Below are positions 18,309 to 29,473 of a stretch of 64,000 nucleotides of DNA, one piece after another (the stretch's first letter is position 1; every line of letters starts with the position of its first letter). The stretch covers positions 704,001 through 768,000 of the forward strand of contig CAVVMW010000010.1 of the NCBI GenBank assembly GCA_963749495.1, in the 5' to 3' direction. The translations under genes and the position numbers were made by a program. The DNA comes from an uncultured bacterium (GTDB taxonomy: Bacteria; Verrucomicrobiota; Verrucomicrobiia; Limisphaerales; UBA8199). Below the pieces are notes generated by a model, which was not told the DNA's origin, did not search any database, and saw only the letters and a list, made by a program, of their open reading frames with translations.

Positions 18309-21300
18309 ATGGACCAATCGCCCCATCCGCCGGCCGGAACCGAGAAGGAGATTTTCTTCGAGGCATTGGAGAGGGACACCCCCGCCGAACGGGCCGCTTA
18401 CCTGGATGGGGCTTGCGGCCAAGACCTGGGCTTGCGCCATCGTGTGCAACTCTTGCTGGACCATCATTTTCAGCAAGACAGCTTCATGAAAGACGCGGCC
18501 GTGGACCATGACCCAAGGATCGGCACGGTGCCGTCGGCGGGCGAAGCGACGGTGCTCGTTCGCCCCGAGGAAGGTCCGGGCACGGTGATCGGGCGCTACA
18601 AACTACTCGAGAAGATTGGGGAAGGCGGGTTTGGGCTGGTCTATGTGGCCGAGCAGCGTGAGCCGGTCAAGCGGCGGGTGGCGCTGAAGGTCATCAAGCT
18701 GGGGATGGACACCAAGCAGTTCGTGGCCCGGTTCGAGGCGGAGCGGCAGGCGCTGGCTTTGATGGACCATCCCAACATCGCCAAGGTGCTCGATGCGGGG
18801 GCGACAGAGACCGGCCGGTCCTTCTTTGTGATGGAGTTGGTGAAGGGGATAACGCTTACCAAGTACCTGTGACCAGGAGAGGCTGGCCATGCGGGAGCGG
18901 CTGGATTTGTTCGTCAAGGTCTGCCACGCGATTCAGCATGCGCACCAGAAGGGGATCATCCATCGGGACATCAAGCCTTCGAACATCCTGGTGACGTTGC
19001 ACGATGGGGTGCCTGTGCCCAAGGTGATTGACTTTGGGATTGCCAAGGCGACGCAGGCCGAATTGACCGAGAAGACGGTTTATACGCAGTTCCAGCAGTT
19101 CATCGGGACCCCGGCCTACATGAGCCCGGAACAGGCGGAGATGAGCGGGCTGGACATCGACACGCGCAGTGACATTTACAGCCTGGGTGTGTTGCTCTAT
19201 GAACTGCTGACCGGGAGCACGCCGTTCGACACGAAGGAGTTGCTGCAGTCGGGACTCGATGAGATGCGCAAGATCATCCGGGAAAGGGAGCCGATGCGGC
19301 CTAGCACACGGCTTAGCCAAACGCGGGCCACACAGCGGCCAGGTTCCGGTGATTCCGCACTCCGCACTCCGCACTCCGCACTTGACGCCGACCTCGACTG
19401 GATCGTGATGAAATGCCTGGAGAAGGACCGGGCGCGGCGGTACGAGACGGCCAACGGCGTGGCGCAGGACATCGAGCGGCACCTGAAGCACGAGCCGGTG
19501 GTGGCCCGGCCGCCGAGCGTGGGGTATCGGCTGCAAAAGAGCTTCCGCCGGAACAAGCTGGTCTTCACGGCGGTGGGGGCGGTTGGTTTGGCGCTGGTGC
19601 TGGGGGTGCTGGTGAGCACCTGGCAAGCGGTTCTCGCCACGACAGCCAAGCGAAATGAGGCATCAGCGCGCCTGCGGGCCGACAAGGAGAAGGACCGCGC
19701 GGAGAAAGGGGAGCAGCAAGCCAGGGAGAGCGAACTGGCGGCGCGCCGGAACCTCTACGACGCTGACATGATCCTCGCCGGCCAGGCCCTCCAGGAAAAC
19801 GACCTCGGCCGCGCGCTGAGCTCTCTGAACCTTCACCGACCCGCCAAGGCCGGCGAGCGCGATCTGCGCGGATGGGAATGGCGTTACCTGTGGGATAAGT
19901 GCCGTAGCGACGAGTTGGCCACGATCGGCGAGCACGACGGCAACGTGCAATCCGTGGCCGTCTCTCCTGATGGGAAGTGGGTGGCCTCGGGCGGTTTTGA
20001 CAATCTGCTCAAAATCTGGGCGCTAGGTTCTGGAGCGGCGGGAGGGGAATGGGCGACCAATCTGCCCCTGGGCGGAGCAGGGGTTTCCAGCGTGGCCTTC
20101 TCTCTGGACGGGCGCTGGCTGGCCGCACGGACTTGGACCAATGGTTTTGTCGTGTTAAAGGTGCCGGGATGGGAGCGGGGAATGACGGTGACGAACACAG
20201 AAAGAGGGCAATGGGGTTCTCTCGCTTTCTCAGACGATAGCCGGTTTCTGGCCGTTGGGGGCGACGTGTGGAACTTGGATACTCGCACTCGCGTGCGCAC
20301 TTTGCCATGCAGGCAGTACAGCTGGGGAGGACCGGCACTCACTTGGTTGCCCCATTCACACACGCTTGCTGGGTTCGGTATGTCGAACGGCCTCTGCCGA
20401 GTTTCGTTATTCGACGTTCGTTCCAGCGACCAGGATACCACGGTGTCTGTGATATCCTTGGGAGCCAAACTCGGCGCGCCGCCAAAGCCGATGACCTTGG
20501 CTTTCTCATCGGATGGAAAGCATCTGGCTGTCGGCTGCATGGATGGCACCATCCGCATCCATGCTGCCAACGACTGGCGTGAGGTGAAAATGTTAACCAA
20601 CCACACCGCCGCGGTCAGTTCGCTGGCTTTCTCGAGGGACGGGCAACGGCTGGCCAGCGTGAGCTGGGACCACAGCATCCGAGTCTGGGGCACGCGCGAC
20701 TGGCAGGCCACGGCCACGTTGCACGGGCATCTGGAAGAGGTGTGGGCGGTCGCTTTCACCCCTGACGGCCAACGACTGGTCACCGGGTCCAAGGACCGTT
20801 CCGTGCGGCTCTGGCCGCTCGCCGCCCGGTCAAAGCCCGTCGAGCAAGTGACCGTGTCAGCCGAGGGCGCGGAATTCTTTGGCCTTTCCGGAATGTCTCC
20901 GTTCATGGTTGGCCCTTCGAACATTCTCACCGTCTGGGATGGGCAGACGCTCCAGGTCCGCCAGCGCCTCTCCAGTTATCCGGTCCCGAATGTCATTGGC
21001 TGGAGACCTTCGCCGGATGGCCGCATGCTTCTGATGATGACTACCGAAGGCGGCTTATGGCTGACGGACCTTGCGCCAGGCGCAGTTTCGCCGCCGGTCT
21101 GTCTGCAAACCAAGGGGCTCACGATTTAGGGAGACTGCCTTCTCAGACCAGGCGAAGTGGCTGGCGGTCGCGGACGGCAACGCACTCCGGGTCTGGGACC
21201 TGGATCACCAGCCTCCGCAGCCGGGATCCATGCTTGCGGCGGGGAAGTTCGGAGGCTTGCGTTTTTCCCGGGACGAACGCCTTCTCGGTGCCATCACCGG

Positions 21301-21802
21301 CCCCATCCGGACCGAGCTAACAGTCCTCGTTTGGGACGTAGCTTCGAGAAAGGAACTGGTCCGCTTTCAACCGCACCGTGACAACGTGACAGCTCTTGAT
21401 TTCTCTCCGGACCGCACGCTATTAGCCACGGTCAGTACTGACAATACGTGCAAGCTGTTCGATCTGCGGCGGCGGTCAACCAATGCCATCGCGACCTTGC
21501 GTGGCCACCTCATGTCGCTTGAGTCGGTGTGCTTCTCGCCCGATGGCCGTCGCTTGGCGGCATGCACGGGCGGCAGCGGCACCATCGGTGGCGGCATCAT
21601 CATCTGGGACCTGGAAAGCGCCCGCGAAGTGCTTTTCCTGAAACCACACGGGATCTCGGCAGTTGTTGCGGTGCGTTTCCTGCCGACCGGTGATTCGCTG
21701 CTGTCCATCGATGGAGACGGCTTACACCTCTGGCGCACGCCGTCGTGGGAAGAGATCAACACGGCAGAGAAAAGGACGGACCGCAACGCGCCGCAACGCT
21801 GA
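18309..21802 (+). CDS. Ser/Thr protein kinase with transmembrane helix and WD40 repeats (frameshifts at about 18867 and 21127)
   Basis: GEGGFGLVY, VALK, HRDIKPSN, DFGIAK and GTPAYMSPE kinase motifs, a TM segment, RGWEWRYL and multiple WD40 blades. Confidence 0.93.
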
Positions 21803-22215
21803 CCAGTTGATCCAAACGCTTTGCCTCCCACAGGCACATGGATGATCGAATGAACCACTACTTTGGCTATGAAACCGGCTGACGCCTGAGCCAAGGTGCT
21901 GGAGGCCGCGGCCACCGAGACGGGCAAGACGCTCGTCGGCATGGAATTGGTCCGTCGCTTCGAGCCAGGCCGCCTAAGACAACTACCTATGAAAAAAGGG
22001 AGAATCACTCCCTCACGCGTGAAGTGTTGCTTGACGCCGACAGATTTCGCCACCCAAGAACGGTGGCGGAAGTAGAAAACACAAAACCAAAAGGCGGGGC
22101 CTCCCACCTGAAACAGAAAGCAATGCAGAATATGAACATCAAAGCGTTTAACCATTCAACGAGAAGCGATACTTCCTCTCAACACCACGCCGGACGCAGG
22201 TTCGGCACAGGATCA

Positions 22216-23610
22216 ATGATGAAACCCAATAGTCTGTCCCGACGCCTGGCCGGGAATTTGCCGGGCGTCCTGCTGTGGCTCGCCGTTCTGCCTCTGGCCG
22301 CGCTCGGGCAGGCCAATTATGCCACACCCTACACCTTCATCACCCTAGCCGGAAAGGCGGGCAGTTCTGGCAGTGCGGACGGGACGAACAGCACCGCGCG
22401 GTTTTATTATCCTTGCGGCGTGGCGGTGGACAGCGCGGGCAACCTCTATGTGGCGGAGGGTGGCAACGAGACGATCCGTAAAGTGACCCCGGTCGGAACA
22501 AACTGGGTGGTGACGACGCTGGCCGGAAAGGCGGGCAGTTCTGGCAGTGCGGACGGGACGAACAGCACCGCGCGGTTCCATTTTTGGATTGGGAACTTCT
22601 TCTCTGGTTGCCTGGCGCTGGACAGTGCGGGCAACATCTATGTGCCCGACCCCGGCAATAGCACGATCCGGAAAGTGACGCCGGTCGGGACGAACTGGGT
22701 GGTGACGACTTTGGCCGGAAAGGCGGGCAGTTCTGGCAGTGCGGACGGGACGAACAGCGCCGCGCGGTTTAATTATCCTTCCGGCGTGGCGGTGGACAGC
22801 GCGGGCAACCTCTATGTGACGGAGTGGGTCAACTGCACGATCCGGAAAGTGACGCCGGTCGGAACAAACTGGGTGGTGACGACCCTGGCCGGAAAGGCGG
22901 GCTATGCTGGCAGCGCGGACGGGACGAACAGCGCCGCGAGGTTTAATGGTCCTGCCGCCGTGGCGGTGGACAGCAATGGCAACCTCTATGTGGCGGACGG
23001 GTCCAGCGACACGATCCGGAAGGTGACTCCGGTCGGGACGAACTGGGTGGTGACGACCCTGGCCGGAAAGGCGGGCGTTGCTGGCAGCGCGGACGGGACG
23101 AACAGCGCCGCGCGGTTTAATCTCCCTAGCGACTTGGCGGTGGACAGCGCGGGCAACCTCTATGTGGCGGATGTGGAGAACACGATCCGGAAAGTGACGC
23201 CGGTCGGAACAAACTGGGTGGTGACGACGCTGGCCGGAAAGGCGGGCAATTCTGGCAGTGCGGACGGGACGGGGAGCGCCGCGCGCTTCAGTTTTATGGG
23301 CTGTGGTTCCGTGGCGGTGGACAGCAATGGCAACCTCTATGTGGCGGACTTTTCGAACAACACGATCCGCAAAGGATACCCGGCACTCGCAATTACCTCC
23401 TCCGCACCAAGTTTCGGCTTCAAGGGCGGACTGTTCGGCTTCACGCTGAGGGGGCCGTCGGGGCAGTTGGTGGTCGTCGAAGCTTCCACCGATTTGTCGA
23501 ACTGGCTGCCTGTCTGCACCAACACCCTCACTTTCCCGGCTGCTCTTACGTTTAGTGACCCGCAGAGCGGCGTCTATTCCAATCGGTTTTACCGCGCCTA
23601 TGCGCCGTAG
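22216..23610 (+). CDS. Secreted NHL-repeat beta-propeller protein (6 repeats) with verrucomicrobial C-terminal domain; start uncertain
   Basis: Signal peptide ..LAVLPLAALGQ. Six copies of TLAGKAG.SGSADGTNS.ARF..P..VAVDSAGNLYV..TIRK, then VEASTDLSNW..RFYRA. Confidence 0.92.
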   Translation: MMKPNSLSRRLAGNLPGVLLWLAVLPLAALGQANYATPYTFITLAGKAGSSGSADGTNSTARFYYPCGVAVDSAGNLYVAEGGNETIRKVTPVGTNWVVTTLAGKAGSSGSADGTNSTARFHFWIGNFFSGCLALDSAGNIYVPDPGNSTIRKVTPVGTNWVVTTLAGKAGSSGSADGTNSAARFNYPSGVAVDSAGNLYVTEWVNCTIRKVTPVGTNWVVTTLAGKAGYAGSADGTNSAARFNGPAAVAVDSNGNLYVADGSSDTIRKVTPVGTNWVVTTLAGKAGVAGSADGTNSAARFNLPSDLAVDSAGNLYVADVENTIRKVTPVGTNWVVTTLAGKAGNSGSADGTGSAARFSFMGCGSVAVDSNGNLYVADFSNNTIRKGYPALAITSSAPSFGFKGGLFGFTLRGPSGQLVVVEASTDLSNWLPVCTNTLTFPAALTFSDPQSGVYSNRFYRAYAP

Positions 23611-24099
23611 CAATCTCTGACCATCACGGAGCCGGTGCTGACTGTCCTCTGGCGCAAGCGGACCGTGTTGCCGGGAACGAGCGCGACGATGTCCGTCGGC
23701 GGCCAAATGACCAATGCCCTTGGCTTTCAGTGGCAGCTTAACGGCAGCGACATCCCAGGACAGACCAACCAGACGCTCGTGGTTGCCAGCGCCGGTTTGG
23801 CTGACGCCGGCCAATATCGCCTCGCTATCCAGAGCCCCACGGGCCTGGTGCTCAGGCCCGCGGCCAATTTGATGGTATTGTCCCACCAGCCTCAGTTAGT
23901 GGCACTGCCGTTGACCAACGGCCTGTTCGCGCTCCAGGTGAGCGAGAGCGTCACCCCGGGGCTGATGATCCAGGCCTCGACCAACTTGGCCGATTGGGTC
24001 GCGGCCCTTACCAACAAGACCACCAACGCCTCACTCATATTCCGGGACCCCGCGACCAGCCGGTTTCCCCGGCGCTATTACCGTACAACCACACCGTGA
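23611..24099 (+). pseudogene. C-terminal fragment of a secreted Ig-domain protein
   Basis: FQWQLNGSDIPGQTN..ADAGQY Ig motif and IQASTNLADW..RYYR tail. No signal peptide or RBS, and it starts flush with the upstream stop. Confidence 0.7.
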
Positions 24100-24248
24100 G
24101 GGTTGGGTAGGTGGGGGCCGGGTGATGAGCCTTCAGTCGTGAATTGGCAGGGGCAGGGAGGCAAGCTCCCCATATCTTGTCACTGAAACCAAATTGATGG
24201 TGCTGGAGGCAGAGCGGCGAGTATCCTTCGAGTTTAGCAGCGCGGTGG

Positions 24249-25190
24249 CTACCTGGTTGAAGAAGCTCCCGGTTCCCACTGGTACACGAGGATCTTGGAT
24301 TTCCAGTCCTCCTCGACCAGGATCAGGTATTCGCCGTTGGAACGGCGGATGGCCTGGATGCCTTCGGGGATATCCACCCAGCCGACGGCATCGCCGGGCA
24401 GGTCGCCGCCAACCTCCGGACCCGGCTTGAGATGGCCTACGCTGGCGCCCGTTTGCGCGTCATCCACCTCGATACGCCCGCCCACGACATAAACCACGAA
24501 CACGTAATCACCAGCCACACTCATTGAGGCCGGCTTGCCCTTCCAGCTTCCATCGGCAATGTAATCGGGGATGATTTGCCAGCGAGGCCCGCCCGGGCCT
24601 TTGCTCCAATGGTCGTAGCGGGAGATCACCCGCCCCATCACCTTCCACAGGCCCTCGTGGTGCGGGCGGTCGGCGGTGTAGCCCGCAAGGTACAACGTGT
24701 CGGTGGCCGCGAAATAGTAAATGCGCTCCAGGCGCGTGAAGGGCGCGGGCATGGGCATGGTCACCAGCGAGGTGAAATCGTAGATGGGATTCCCTTGGGC
24801 ATCCAGACCGTGGCATTCGAGCCTGCGGATGTCGGCGTTCTGCGTGGCCTGCCACACATCGCCCGCGCTGTCCACCCATCAGCCCCATAAATGCGGATCT
24901 CGTTCGCCCCCGGGCAACTGACATAAAGCCGATGCTCGCCAGCGCAAAGGCCGGCGATGCCGTCGCCGGCCTTTTCTGGGGCCTCGATAACGACCAGGAA
25001 GCATCCCTTGAGGGTGTCGCCTTCGCCACCCTTGCCGCCGGAAAACGGCGCACCGTGAGTGACGTCCGCCCGCAGGCGTCGGGAAACGCCGTACCAACTC
25101 AAGCCCTTGGCGGGCCAGGCATTGGTGCCTTTGAGGTGCCCGCCTTGGTTCCCCACACGCTGGGCGATAAACAGGCGGTTGCCTGGCGGT
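24249..25190 (-). pseudogene. Fragmented secreted beta-propeller-type protein (5'-truncated, internal deletion at about 24880)
   Basis: ..GLCAGEHRLYVSCPGANEIRIY is joined out of frame to WVDSAGDVW..GWVDIPEGIQA..YLILVEEDWKSKILVYQW. Confidence 0.6.
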
Positions 25191-25331
25191 CCACCGCGGA
25201 GCAAGGGAAACCCTCCTCCCAGTCTTCCAGTGGAGAGGAAAGCTCCGCTCAAGTGAACCAGCGGCCATGGGAAATCCAGCCAAACGAAAAACAACAACCG
25301 CTCGCAAGAGCACAACAAGAAAGGAAGACAG

Positions 25332-26237
25332 ATGAAGTTACAGGCAATTCGGTTGACAGTCATCGGGACCGTCGCGGCGGTCATCAGAAGGCTCACGTCC
25401 ATGCAATACGCCGAGCAACCGGTCGAAATCATCGGCTTTGACACCGAGGCGCCCGGCGCGCAGCCCAGGCCACGCGCGGTGGAGGCTACCGCCGGATTGA
25501 GCAGGCCCAAGTGCCCGTTCAACAAGTCGATCCCCGAATCGGCGCTCCCGCGGGTCAAGGACAACCCGAAACTCCTGGATGTCCAGGCCGGCCTCAAGCT
25601 GATCGGCTGTGAAAACCCTGACGAGTTGTGGAATTACAGGTTCCCGGCAGGCACTGCCGCCTCGCGGCTCAAGCAGGTCATCGGGTGGGAAAGGACCGGA
25701 GGGCCTTCGGGTGAGTGTTGCGCCTCCTACCCCGCTCCCAATGGGCAATCCGGGTTGCCGTTGCCCACGAGGCCAATGAAGGCCGTCGAGGTGCTCCGCG
25801 GGCGGGAGGGGCGGGAGAGCGCGGATGGCGCGGTCCCTATCCTCGAGCGCATTCCCAGCAACGGCAAGGGCCGGGTGAAGGCCAAACCGGACAACACGGT
25901 CCGCGTGCTCAACTCCCCGGCGAGCCGGGGACCGACGACCATCGGTGACATCGTCGGGATGCCCGCCGCCGATGTGCCCAACACGGAGCTTGTCCGCAAA
26001 GGCGGGCAGAACGGGCGCATCCTCATCAAGGAGAGCCTGGCCAAGCTGGGCCTCAGTGACGCGAAACTGCTCTGGGCGACGCAGTGGCCCACCCACAGCG
26101 CCGCCCATGCGTTGCGCATGGCGATTATGGCCGGCGTCCGCACCGGCGACCCGGCGGTCGAGGGCCTCGGCATCACCAAAGCGTTCCTCGACGAGCACCA
26201 GAAGAAGAGGAGCACAACGCCAGCGTCCACCGCATAG
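25332..26237 (+). CDS. Hypothetical protein
   Basis: Purine-rich RBS, a 301-aa ORF with strong GC3 bias, and a following terminator. Confidence 0.7.
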   Translation: MKLQAIRLTVIGTVAAVIRRLTSMQYAEQPVEIIGFDTEAPGAQPRPRAVEATAGLSRPKCPFNKSIPESALPRVKDNPKLLDVQAGLKLIGCENPDELWNYRFPAGTAASRLKQVIGWERTGGPSGECCASYPAPNGQSGLPLPTRPMKAVEVLRGREGRESADGAVPILERIPSNGKGRVKAKPDNTVRVLNSPASRGPTTIGDIVGMPAADVPNTELVRKGGQNGRILIKESLAKLGLSDAKLLWATQWPTHSAAHALRMAIMAGVRTGDPAVEGLGITKAFLDEHQKKRSTTPASTA

Positions 26238-26260
26238 TTTGCTGAGTGCCTGGTTGACAC

Positions 26261-26300
26261 GCCCTGGCGGGCTCGCTCGCGGCGCGCCAGGGCCTTTTTG
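26261..26300 (+). terminator. Rho-independent terminator
   Basis: Stem GCCCTGGCG/CGCCAGGGC followed by CTTTTTG, about 24 bp after the stop codon. Confidence 0.7.
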
Positions 26301-26522
26301 TGTCGCCTGAGGAGGTCAAAGGCGGTGTAGGCCCGCGCGGTTTTCCGGCAGTCAAGCCTGCTTGCATCGGGGACGGGCCAAGAGCGAGGCTCTTGTGAGG
26401 GTCTCCTCTGCCTCGACTTTTCCCTGCACTCCAAAATTGGCTTCGCCCAAAAGTCCCAGCCGTGAAAGCCAGATAGCTGGCTAACAAGAAATCCAGAGAG
26501 AACAACGAAAGGACCAGAACAA

Positions 26523-27866
26523 ATGGAACCAGAAGCGACTATCCATAACAGAACCGCCGAAGGCCAGACGACCACAAGGGGCGAGCCCGCCCACGGCACC
26601 GATTCTGCGATGCCGCTGACCGTGGCGGAGGCGGAGACTGTCTGGCGAGGCCTGGCACGCGTTGCGCAGCGGAGCTTCGCGAGCTTAGGTCCCAGGCAGG
26701 GCGCTTGGTTTGTCGGCCAGCACGGAGGCGAGTTGGCCGCGATTGTCCTGCACCAGGACGGTCAGATCGGGGTCTATGCCTATGAGGGCCATCCAGCGCT
26801 TCTCCGGGCCGTGCCGAGTTTCATCCACTCGGCGGGCCGTCACTCGTTGGTGGAAACGATTCGCTCGAAAAGCCCGGCGGGGGTCGGTGGCACACTGGCC
26901 TGGCACCAAACCGCGGACGAGTTGGCTGAGGTCTTGCACGGCTTCTTCCTGTTCCACGCCACCAAGCCACTCCCGACGAAGAGACCCCTGGAAATGTATG
27001 ACGCCTCCAAGATGACCATGCGCACCGGCAGCGTGGTGTCCATCCTCGAAGCTGCGCTCCAGACGGCGATAAAGGTCGCCAAACTATCCGATGAGAGCGC
27101 CTTCAAAGACGCTTGGGCGCGCGCGGCCCTGGCCTACGTCGTGGATGAGGGGAGCGACCTCCAGGTGTTGACGGAGGCCGGCGCCAGGAAGCTGGATGTT
27201 CTCCGCGCCTGCAACGTCCACAGAACCAGGCATGATTTGGTGGCGCAGGCTCAGGTGATGAAGCTGATGATCGAAACTCGAGAGGAGATTGCCGCGATGC
27301 AAGCCGCAACGGACCCCGGATTGCCGTATCATGAGGCGCAGCGTGCCTGTCTGACGGCATTCCGACGCGCTCACGCACTGGCTTGCAACGGCAAGACCAA
27401 CCACCCCAAAGCCCTCTCACAGCGGCTTATCAAAGGGCTTCTCATCGCCCATGTCGCCAGGGCCCGTCTGGCAATCGGCAGCTTGGTCGAGGCGGTGACG
27501 CCGGATCTGGCGGCCCGCTACGGGAGGACATGGCCGCGTATGCAAACAGTAGAAGTCGTGGTGCTGGGCAGGGCGAGCTTTGAGTTGTGCATTCGCCAGG
27601 ACGTTGAGTCGGCGGCTGGGGCTTTCAAGCTCCTGGATGAGGATGGAACGGTCCTGGACCCCCCGCGGGTCGTTCTGAGGACACAGGGGGTGCTCCTTGA
27701 CCCGGGGACCATATATCACGAGTGGGAGCACGTCCGTCAGCATATGGCCTCGACAGTGTCGATTTTGGATTTCACCCCACGGCAATTGCACTCCGAGGAA
27801 GCAACCGAGTGCAAAGCGATACAGGTCGCGGCCGAGTTACTTTCCGAATTTGGGATTCTGTATTGA
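26523..27866 (+). CDS. Hypothetical protein with C-terminal zincin-like HExxH motif
   Basis: 447 aa. TIYHEWEHVRQH is followed by EEATE. Confidence 0.65.
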   Translation: MEPEATIHNRTAEGQTTTRGEPAHGTDSAMPLTVAEAETVWRGLARVAQRSFASLGPRQGAWFVGQHGGELAAIVLHQDGQIGVYAYEGHPALLRAVPSFIHSAGRHSLVETIRSKSPAGVGGTLAWHQTADELAEVLHGFFLFHATKPLPTKRPLEMYDASKMTMRTGSVVSILEAALQTAIKVAKLSDESAFKDAWARAALAYVVDEGSDLQVLTEAGARKLDVLRACNVHRTRHDLVAQAQVMKLMIETREEIAAMQAATDPGLPYHEAQRACLTAFRRAHALACNGKTNHPKALSQRLIKGLLIAHVARARLAIGSLVEAVTPDLAARYGRTWPRMQTVEVVVLGRASFELCIRQDVESAAGAFKLLDEDGTVLDPPRVVLRTQGVLLDPGTIYHEWEHVRQHMASTVSILDFTPRQLHSEEATECKAIQVAAELLSEFGILY

Positions 27867-28025
27867 ACACGGGGCTTCTGACCTGGCGAAGCAACTTCCG
27901 CCGGGCGGCCTTCCTGCGGCGGCCAGCCGTTTCGGTGCCGCTGGACGCGAATGACACCGGGTTGAATGCTGGCTTGCGGCTCACACAATCCACCTTCCCG
28001 GGCAAGCACGCCCACGCCGGCGTCC

Positions 28026-28587
28026 TCAAGGCACTGCCCAATGCACGGTCAACGGCCCGTCCGGGCCATAGACCGGATCGGCTTTCGGCAGAGGGACACG
28101 GCCGATGTTGCTGTCGGCCCGCGGGCGTTCTCCGGGCCGCCCATAATTCATGTCCCAGTCCTGTCCCTCGGGATAGGCGCCCACGACGCCGAAATCAGCA
28201 GTTGAACCGAGGTTCTTGTGGGCCACGCCGGCGGGAATGACGATGGCGTCGCCGGGATGAACCTCCTGAAGGACGCCCCGCTCCCCGCCCAACTGCACCT
28301 TCGCCGACCCGCGGTAAACGCCAAGCACTTCATGCGCCGTGCTGTGGTAGTGGTGATATGGATAGATCCCGTCTCGCCAATTCCCCTCCCAGCCATTGGC
28401 CGCAAATAGTTGTTCAAAAGTGGCCGCGGGATCATGCTCCGGCAGCCGCACGGCCCGGCGATACACCAGCAACGGGAGCCGGCTGTTCGGGAAAAACGCC
28501 GTCATCCCTCAAGTGCTTGGCCAACACATCGGGCTCATTGACGGTTTGTTCGAGCTGTGGAGTGCCTGCGATGGCTCGCTTATTCAT
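28026..28587 (-). CDS. Cupin-domain protein (YjlB-like), frameshift in a T-run at about 28493
   Basis: DDGVF/PNSRLPLLVY..WRDGIYPYHHYHSTAHEVLG..PAGVAH..VVGAYP..DPVYG. Confidence 0.85.
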
Positions 28588-28776
28588 AGCAGTCCTCTCG
28601 ATCAAACTACGCCGCATCGCCACCGAATCAAGACCGAGGCCACGTTGAGGGTCTGCTCTGCCCGGCCTTCGTGCAGCGAGCACTGTAAATCGGCTTCGCC
28701 CAGGAAGGCTCCCGGGTGGAGGCCGAATGCCCGGCAAACACAAAATCAATTGACATCAATCGTCAGCGACAACGCC

Positions 28777-29385
28777 ATGAAACCCGATAGCACCCCATTC
28801 CGACCCGATCCAAACCTCCCTCCCTTCGTGCAAGGCCCGCCGCAGGCTCAACTCGACTCTCTTCTCGACCTCGCCCAGGGACACGCGGAGGACGCAATGC
28901 GCGAAGACGGTGCATTGTTGCCCTCTATCTTCGCGGCCTCGCCTGACGGCCTGTTCCTGCTCGGCTCGAAGCCGGTGAACGAGGAGCTGGAGAAAAAGGA
29001 ATTCGCCACCGATGCCCGCCTCATTTGCACTGCCCAGGCCGCCACCGCAGTGGTCCTGGCGGTGGAGGCCTGGGTGCTCGAGGCCAGGCCGGGCGAGCGC
29101 CTGCTCCCGGGCCTGAGACCCTCGGAATCGTCCGGGCGCAAGGAGTGCATCGTGCTCAGCGGCGAGGCCGTAGGCGGATTCCACAAGCAGCGCTTGCAGC
29201 CCATCCTTCGGGACCAGAGCGGCCACTTCTCGGGCCTGGGAACTGCCATCGTGCCACCTCCCGAGCCGCCTGAGGGGCCTTTGGCCAGGCTACTGCCCGA
29301 GGCGCCGCCAACACCGGAGGTCCGCGCCTTCGCCGCCGCTTTGCTCAAGGCCCGCGGCGTGAACTTGGTCGAGGCCTCGCCATAA
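28777..29385 (+). CDS. Hypothetical protein (paralog of 16191-16844)
   Basis: Colinear similarity to the paralog over its whole length. Confidence 0.75.
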   Translation: MKPDSTPFRPDPNLPPFVQGPPQAQLDSLLDLAQGHAEDAMREDGALLPSIFAASPDGLFLLGSKPVNEELEKKEFATDARLICTAQAATAVVLAVEAWVLEARPGERLLPGLRPSESSGRKECIVLSGEAVGGFHKQRLQPILRDQSGHFSGLGTAIVPPPEPPEGPLARLLPEAPPTPEVRAFAAALLKARGVNLVEASP

Positions 29386-29473
29386 AGACGCCTCCGGCCA
29401 CAAGAGAACCAAGCCAAACACAAGCCGTGAGACAACCAAATCCAACTCGATTACGCGAAGTCCCGCGCTACTT

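Noticed and set aside
1400..23375. Diversity-generating retroelement or CRISPR explaining the delta-60/NHL DNA repeats
   Set aside because: The repeats are in-frame protein repeats. No reverse transcriptase or non-coding template repeat was seen.
14105..28497. Programmed ribosomal frameshifting in the receiver, kinase and cupin genes
   Set aside because: These are single extra bases in short runs without slippery-site or stimulator structure, so error or decay is simpler.
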